Both the position numbers and the translations under genes were made by a program. The notes beneath the pieces were generated by a model. It searched no databases. It was not told the DNA's origin and was given only the letters and a program-made list of their open reading frames with translations. A DNA stretch of 57,053 nucleotides, counting the filler, from Sphacelaria rigidula (Eukaryota): NCBI GenBank assembly GCA_964200075.2. It is 7 parts of 7 records of this genome, joined end to end, with 100 filler letters (N's around TTAATTAATTAA, not from the genome) between each part and the next. Parts side by side here need not be neighbours in the genome. Positions count along the whole stretch, not along the records: positions 48,990 to 57,053 come from CAXNAA020012435.1; 6 more parts are not named here. One strand, written 5' to 3'. This document shows, piece after piece, positions 50,688 through 57,053 of this stretch; positions within the stretch are counted from its first letter, which is position 1, and each line of letters begins with the position of its first letter.

Positions 50688-52022
50688 TTAATCATCCAAT
50701 CAAGACACCTCTGGCCAAAGGATACCTCCAAGACTCTTGCCACTCTCGCATTCACATCGACACGGTCTGTGTACTATACTCCTGCGTCACCCTGTCTATT
50801 CCAACATCAAACCTGTCTGTGTCAACCCTGTACAAACTGTCAAATCCTTCCCAGTGCGGGACTGCAGTCATACTCCAGTATACCTCTGATAACATCCCTT
50901 TTACTCACATCACTGTTATTTACCGGCTATGTTCTCATCTAATGATCTACTGAAATCTAAGCTTACCACAGTTTTGCATCCATTTTTCAAGTGAAGAGTA
51001 TGCCGATACGACATATGCCCGACCCTGGGGTGAACGGAGAGTGAGTGACACCTGTTCGTGTATTCAGGACATACAGGCTCAAGTCGCAGCGGACGGAGGG
51101 TGTAGAGGTGGCACGGCGAACATGGCGGTACCAATATCATCAACACTACAGACGAAGAGGAGAGCACAATTCGGTCGCCGTGGTACTGTCTAATACAGTA
51201 CACGCCATGTTTTTAACCGTGGATTCTTTGTGTGCCTGCATACGGAAGTGGCGGAGCTCTCCTCAACAGAAAATGTCTGAGTGTATCATATTTGCACATG
51301 CGCACGCACCGAACTAAAGTTACTCCGCGACCGATTAAGACTTGCCCCTCGACGTTTCCCCCGAGCCCCTTTTGGCTGTGATTATTTTTCACTTGTGTTT
51401 ATCGGGGACAGTGCGTTGCTTAGGACATGCACACTCCATCGAGGGATAGGTTTTATCCGGGCGGTTCTCCACGGCTACGTGCGCGATTCGAGCGCCGTAT
51501 GTTGCGTCGCGTGCTCACAACCCCAATGCACTACACTGCAGCGCCCATTAGAGGCTACGTGCCGTGGTCAGATCAGTAAGCCGGAAATTATATTCAAACT
51601 ATATGTTTTTTCAACGTTTAGGGTGTACGCCTTCAAAACTGGAGGATATAAGGCTGCGTCCATGAGCTGCATGTGGATGGTCAGCAACAGGATGTAGGGT
51701 GTGAACAGGGAGGGTGTTGCCGGCGCGCACGATCAACCCGTCAAGATATTGAATCGTAAAAGCAAGTGCATTTCGGCGGAGCATCCCAGGACAGAAAAGG
51801 AAAAGGGAAATTGTTGTCTGTGGTGGATCGTTGTGATTTCCTCGAACAGCCCATTCGCTTTTTTTGTCCCGATTAGCATCCCTAACAGTGTCAGTGCCGT
51901 GTATGTATCTCTGTACTAAACCCGTGACCTGTGTAGCAGGGTTGGGCTGGTACGAGCTCGGTTGGTAGCTGCGAATGAACCCACGTGGTGTTCGCATGTT
52001 TCTGTGAAAGGGTGAACATGTG

Positions 52023-53340
52023 GACAAATAGCACCCTGTGGGGCACGTGTACAGGGTTCAGGGAAAACGTGCGGTGTTTCTCGCGGGGATCTGGCTGTAG
52101 GTCTTTTTCGTTTGCGCCCCACAGGACGCTTCACAGGGTTCAGGGAAACTGTGCTGTGCAGGGTTCCTCGCGGGGATTTGAGTGTAGGTTATTATTTTGT
52201 GCCACACAAGGCGCTTCACAGGGTTTCGTGACTCCGTGTAGAATTCATCGCTGTTGATACGCTGTGCAGCATTTACAGCACGCATACAATATACTCCATA
52301 CAGAATGGGCATGGTACTGGCAGAATACGGTCGGGAAATCACGGAGGAGAGAAATAAACTTATGGTTTTGAGCTGGAGAGCAAGGCAGATTGCATATTGA
52401 GCTACCTGAATTGTCGATTACAAGGTTGTTATTTTGTGCTTCGAATAACTATCAAACGAAAAACTCTCTAATCAAAAGCATACTCGGTTGAGTGATTTTG
52501 GTAGACTGCGGACCACGGGGTTTTCAAACGCAATGTGCAGTGACATGTGAGGTGCAGACTGTCATTCCAGTATCCACGTCATAAGCAAAAGCTTAGTATC
52601 TTATCTCGTAGGCGCGTGGACATACACTCAATTGTAACCAGTGTGTCGGATCTCCATTCAGCAAAAGGTGTTGAGAATTTTTCATCCTTTAGCCCATGTG
52701 CATGGATCGGGGGGCAAAATGATCAACTATTTTCAACAATGTTTCTGCTTGTCGGATCCCAAATGCTGACAACGGTGCAGTATGCGGGATATGCCCAGCT
52801 GACGCTGTTCGCAATAAATCTCTTTTCCCCCAATCTCCGGATGAAATGAGGCAAAGTGAAGATCTATTTCGAGCTTCTTCTGCTGTTCAAATTCCGAATC
52901 TGCGAGTGTGCATGGGATTTGCGCAGCAGAAGAAGCTGTTTGAAATAGATCCTTTTTTCGCCCATTTATATTGGGCGAGAAAATGATCTATTTCGAACAG
53001 CTCCTCTGCTGTTCGAAATAGATCGTTTTTTTCCCCAAATATATTGGGCGAAGAAAAGATCTCTTTGGAATAGCTTCTCCTGCTGTCCGAGATAAATTCC
53101 TTTTTCTCGGACAGCAGGAGAAGCTATTCCAAAAAAACAAAAAAATTACAGATTTTATACCAAAATAATTTGGAATTTTCCTAATTGGGAAGGCCTCTCC
53201 ACAGGGTTGCTGGCAGGGTTTCGACAAAAACGCTATGCAAAATGCTATTACAGGTACTAGGGTTTGCAAATGCTACACAGGGGTTTTCACAAAGACTGTG
53301 AAGAACCCTGTGCAGCTCGTCCTAGAGGGTGCTATTTGTC
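52023..53340. mobile_element. Non-autonomous TIR DNA transposon (about 1.3 kb)
   Basis: Perfect 15-bp TIR GACAAATAGCACCCT/AGGGTGCTATTTGTC extended by ACAGGGTTC/GAACCCTGT; subterminal ACAGGGTT repeats; flanks ACATGTG and ACGTGTG (6/7 match). Confidence 0.75.
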
Positions 53341-56300
53341 ACGTGTGAGGGGATGATCCCAAGCTGACGGCGGCCGATGCTCCGGCGGTGGATAGAAACT
53401 GCACTGATCCAGATTCTTGGAAGTCTACCGGTCCCATGCTGGCGTGAGACGAAAACATCGGTACATTGAGGCCCGCGAAGCCATGCGTCGCCTCCCAGGA
53501 ACAATCCTGCCCACAACACTTGAACTGCTCGGCAACTGTAGGATCGCAAGGCGGAGGACTCGGCGATCGCAATGGTTGCTGAGGCGTGCTGACGACGTTT
53601 ATCGGCCCCGCAGGACCCGGGGCCGTTTTGGTGTAAGAAGCGGATGCCAGGCATTACCGAACGGAGGTGCGGCCCTCTGCTCATTCCGCATGGGCGGTGC
53701 GGGGGTGGAGCGCGCACGTTTTACTCCAGTGGAGGCGTTCGGCGGTACAGGACTTCCTCCCGCGGCGCCATGCAGCGGGGCGGCTGATGCCGTGGGGTCC
53801 GGCACTGGCACTGTGGCGGCAGCCGCAGCTTAAGCAGCCGACGTCGCCGCAGCCCCAGGATTGGTGTACGCCATACCGGGTCCCCGCTTGGGGTAGAACA
53901 TGGCCACGATTTTGTCCCACATGGCTTCGAAGAACACGTAGATTGTGTGGTGTGCAACACGGTAGTTGCTAGCCCCCGATTATTTCCTCCAGTCCAAGGG
54001 CCTCCGCTAGATATTTTATCCCCGCCCCCCAATATCGCTTCATGATCGCCTTCGCCATGCGATACGGAGATGTCAGTCACCCACGTATATCCGGAGCCAC
54101 TGGTATTCGCGGGGGTACTGCGAATAAGGTGGTACATAACCGAAACGTCTCCTCGTCACCGGGAACCATGCCCGCCGCAGGCGCGCCCCTCTCACCCACG
54201 CGGCGTATATCAGCAATGCGGTCAATCGCGGCTTTCGAGTCGGCCCAGCTCTTCGTGCTCCCCACCTACGTGAAAATGTACTTGAACACCTGCAGCCCCC
54301 GCTGCATCGTAGGTATTGCCTGTCTCGCAATTTCAACAGTGCGGCGGAGAGGGGGCTGATGAGGTCGCTGTTGAACAGTGTTGCATATTTTCAAATCACG
54401 ACCTGAACCCGACCCAGTGGGGACAGTATCCGACGGGTGAAGGGATCATGCCGCAACTTTGCTGCAGTAACCTATGCACATGGGCATATTGCGTTGAACA
54501 GTCATTGCCGCACAACTTGTGTTATGCTGCCAAAGTTAGTGTTGCATCTGGCGTTGTCACGTGAGGTGGAGGCGACTGTGTGATTCTTCGGTGGGGGCAA
54601 CGAAATGGCATCTACAGGGAAATCCAATCCGCCCTACTCCCGTAGAATCCATGGCGGGTAGTGCAGTAACCTATGCACATGGGCATACTGCGTTGAACAG
54701 TCATTCCCGCACAACTCGTGCTATGCTGCCAGAGTTAGTGTTGCATCTGGCGACAGTGTGATTCTTCGGTGGGGGCAACGAAATGGCATCTACAGGGAAA
54801 TCCAATCCGCCCTACTCCCGCAGAATCCATGGCGGGTACTGCAGTAACCTATGCACATGGGCATATTGCGTTGAACAGTCATTCCCGCACAACTTGTGCT
54901 ATGCTGCCAAAGTTAGTGTTGCATCTGGCGTTGTCACGTGAGGTGAAGGCGACAGTGTGATCCTTTGGTGGGGGCAACGAAATGGCATCTACAGGGAAAT
55001 CCAATCCACCCTACTCCCACAGAATCCATGGCGGGTACTGTGTGTAGATCAGCGGGACACTGCGACTGCGGGGGTGCAAAGCTGGTACTGACACGCGAGA
55101 GACGACGCTGGGGTGAACTGGCGGCACACCCAATCGCCGCCTCCGGAGATAAATAATTCGTCTTCGCACAGGCGTTCAAACGCGGTATATAAGCCAGGCA
55201 CAGATAACTCATCTCACCTGTCGAAGTTCGAGTTCCAAGCAAGTGTCGATGGAGCCACCGTCGCATACGATCCTCCCAACGACGTATCGAAAACCTGCTT
55301 CGTCGAACACGGAGAGGTACTTGTCCCATTTCTCGCCATCCATGTGCCAGTGTGTTCCCGTCGTTACATCCGCGGCCACGAGCTGATCTTGCTTGCGATG
55401 ATCCCGTACGAGAGACAGGTCACCACACGGGGTTTCTACAGCCACGCAAGGGGCAGCCGCAGCAAGCGCATGCACATCCCCCCCAATAACAGCGATCGTG
55501 GCCCTAAAGTCGCAGTTGTCCCAAGAGATCGCAGCGGTTCTTAATGTAAGGGACAACATATGTTTGTCCAACCTCGGCATCATGAAGTCCTGCTCGCGCT
55601 TGTATCGCATAGACTCGGTCATGCAGAAGCCGTGGGTGGCGACGTAATCTATGACCGCCACGGGTGTGCCGTGCGTTTTCAATACCTGCGCCAAACTGAA
55701 GTCATGCATCGCTCTGAACTTCCGACCTAAAACAGTTTTCAGGAGATTTTGTACCAGCATATAAAGCCTCCCAAACTGCATCTTTCTCTTCCTCTCCTTC
55801 TTCCGCAAAGCCTTCTCCCCATTTGTCGATCTGTGAACCGTTGCGCTGGCACTTGGCCCCCCATAGCGCTGGTACCTGACACACCTGTGATCGTTGTTGT
55901 CGCGTCCCCCCCGTCCGCAAGCCCCGACCCGGGGTCATCAGCCGGTACCGCCACATGGCACATACTGTCAAGCAAGTCCAACAGTGTCGACAGTGTATCA
56001 TGCTCCAGGAAATCTAGTACAGGCCGGATTTTTCTCACCAGGTCGGCAGCATATGTTTACTCGCGTTCCCCGATACATTCTGCAGTTCAGATGCACCTTC
56101 AATGTCCTTCCTGGCGATAAACCCGGCCGCTCTCACCCAACGCCCGTTTATCCTCCGCGGACCCTTCAGCTCTGACACGCTTGAGCGCGGACACGAGTGG
56201 CGGACCATTGTGGAGCTGGGCGTCCAGGAGAGAGACCGTACGTTCGAGTTATTGTACCCTGGCACGCATAGTTCGAAGATCCATATCAACCACCGTTGCT

Positions 56301-56757
56301 ACCTCGGGCGCAACCGCCGAAGGCAGCAGATACACGGACTTTCGTCGATCACCACCCGCGGCCTCCCCAACCCCGCTCACCTCTTTCATCTTGCCGTGGG
56401 CTGTGCCGCTCCTCACCACTGTGCCGAAAATCGCCATAGCCTGATCCCGGTTGCGCCGGTCACCGACATCCCGGGCTCGTGCGGCCTTCCTAGCTTCTGT
56501 CAGCCACGATTGGACCTCCCGCAGGCTCACTATTCGCCCCGCCTCAAGGTTCGCTATTAATCTCCATCGTCCTTCTACGACAAAGTCCGGGTCGGCAGGG
56601 AAAGGATCAGGAGTGAGGTCTACCGTTGGAGGCGTGGGACAGCGCGCACGAGTGGACTTGATATTTTGCCTATCGCTCTTACGTCTGTACCGCTCGAAGG
56701 AGGACATAAAGCAGTCATTCCGCCTGCACAAGCAATCGGAATTAGGTTGGTAGCTCC
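53339..56757 (-). pseudogene. Degenerate DNA-transposase-like gene, Academ/DUF6589-like
   Basis: ORF 55209-55808 has LAQVLKTHGTPVAVIDYVATHGFC and ISWDNCDF...GGDVHAL, resembling the Academ/DUF6589 pre-catalytic helix and DNxD...H motif. Upstream frames 56249-56757 and 55739-56038 are joined by stops and a frameshift near the C-run at 55857-55862. Interrupted by a MITE at 56758. Confidence 0.45.
54462..55040. repeat. Tandem triplication of a 199-bp unit
   Basis: Units 54462-54660, 54661-54838 (21-bp deletion between GGCG repeats) and 54839-55037, highly similar. Confidence 0.95.
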
Positions 56758-57002
56758 GAGTCACCCTACGATAGGGGGGGGGGGTATTTTGGGCCACTTC
56801 TTGCACGAAATTTCAAGACAAACCGCCGCTAAAATCAGCAACGGTTGCTCAAACGAGCTTGTTATAGATACATAACGCTCATTCATACCGGTTGACACCG
56901 TTTTGAACCAAATACAAGCGCATCGCGAGTGCTGCAGGTCATCTGACACACTTATCAGCCTTTTTTTCGTGCAATCAAATACCCCCCCCCCCCTATCGTA
57001 GG
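56758..57002 (+). mobile_element. MITE (about 245 bp) with poly-G/poly-C-containing TIRs
   Basis: CCTACGATA(G)nTATTT ... AAATA(C)nTATCGTAGG; related partial copies at 1-148 and 16339-16405. Confidence 0.85.
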
Positions 57003-57053
57003 AGGAATGTACTCACTAAAAACAAACAGAGACATGAGGAAATTGCGATGGCA

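Noticed and set aside
39084..53521. Integrated phaeovirus (EsV-1-like provirus)
   Set aside because: Only isolated EsV-family-like domains in intron-containing or TE context; no dense intronless ORFs, capsid, polymerase or integrase genes.
54462..55040. CRISPR-like array
   Set aside because: Whole units are repeated with no unique spacers, the context is eukaryotic, and no cas genes are present.
1..57002. Inverted homology between the two window ends suggesting one giant TIR element
   Set aside because: Both are copies of a short MITE; the right copy has both of its own TIRs, a third copy exists at 16.3 kb, and the ends do not point inward as TIRs of one element would.

Overview
Eukaryotic genomic DNA from a fragmented draft scaffold (several N-gaps carry an artificial TTAATTAATTAA spacer). 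It is most likely a brown alga (Phaeophyceae), judged from intron-rich genes and EsV-1-163-like and EsV-1-7-like sequences. The window is rich in transposable elements: a decayed chromodomain Ty3/Gypsy LTR element (471-6381, minus), a decayed LINE (about 43.6-46.6 kb, minus), many MITE/foldback elements including piggyBac-type TTAA MITEs, a 1.3 kb TIR element containing a hairpin array, and a degenerate Academ-like transposase gene (53.3-56.8 kb, minus). Host genes: an apparently intact 9-exon segment resembling FIRRM/FLIP (C1orf112), a secreted EsV-1-163-like gene, a USP-like gene without a canonical His box, a frameshifted IMP1 pseudogene, an orphan BBS7-like exon, and further unassigned or decayed multi-exon remnants. 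All family assignments come from motif recognition by eye, not database searches. I found no clear-cut novel system; the best leads are the Academ-like element with an EsV-1-7-like module, the hairpin-array TIR element, and the cluster of decayed intron-containing genes.
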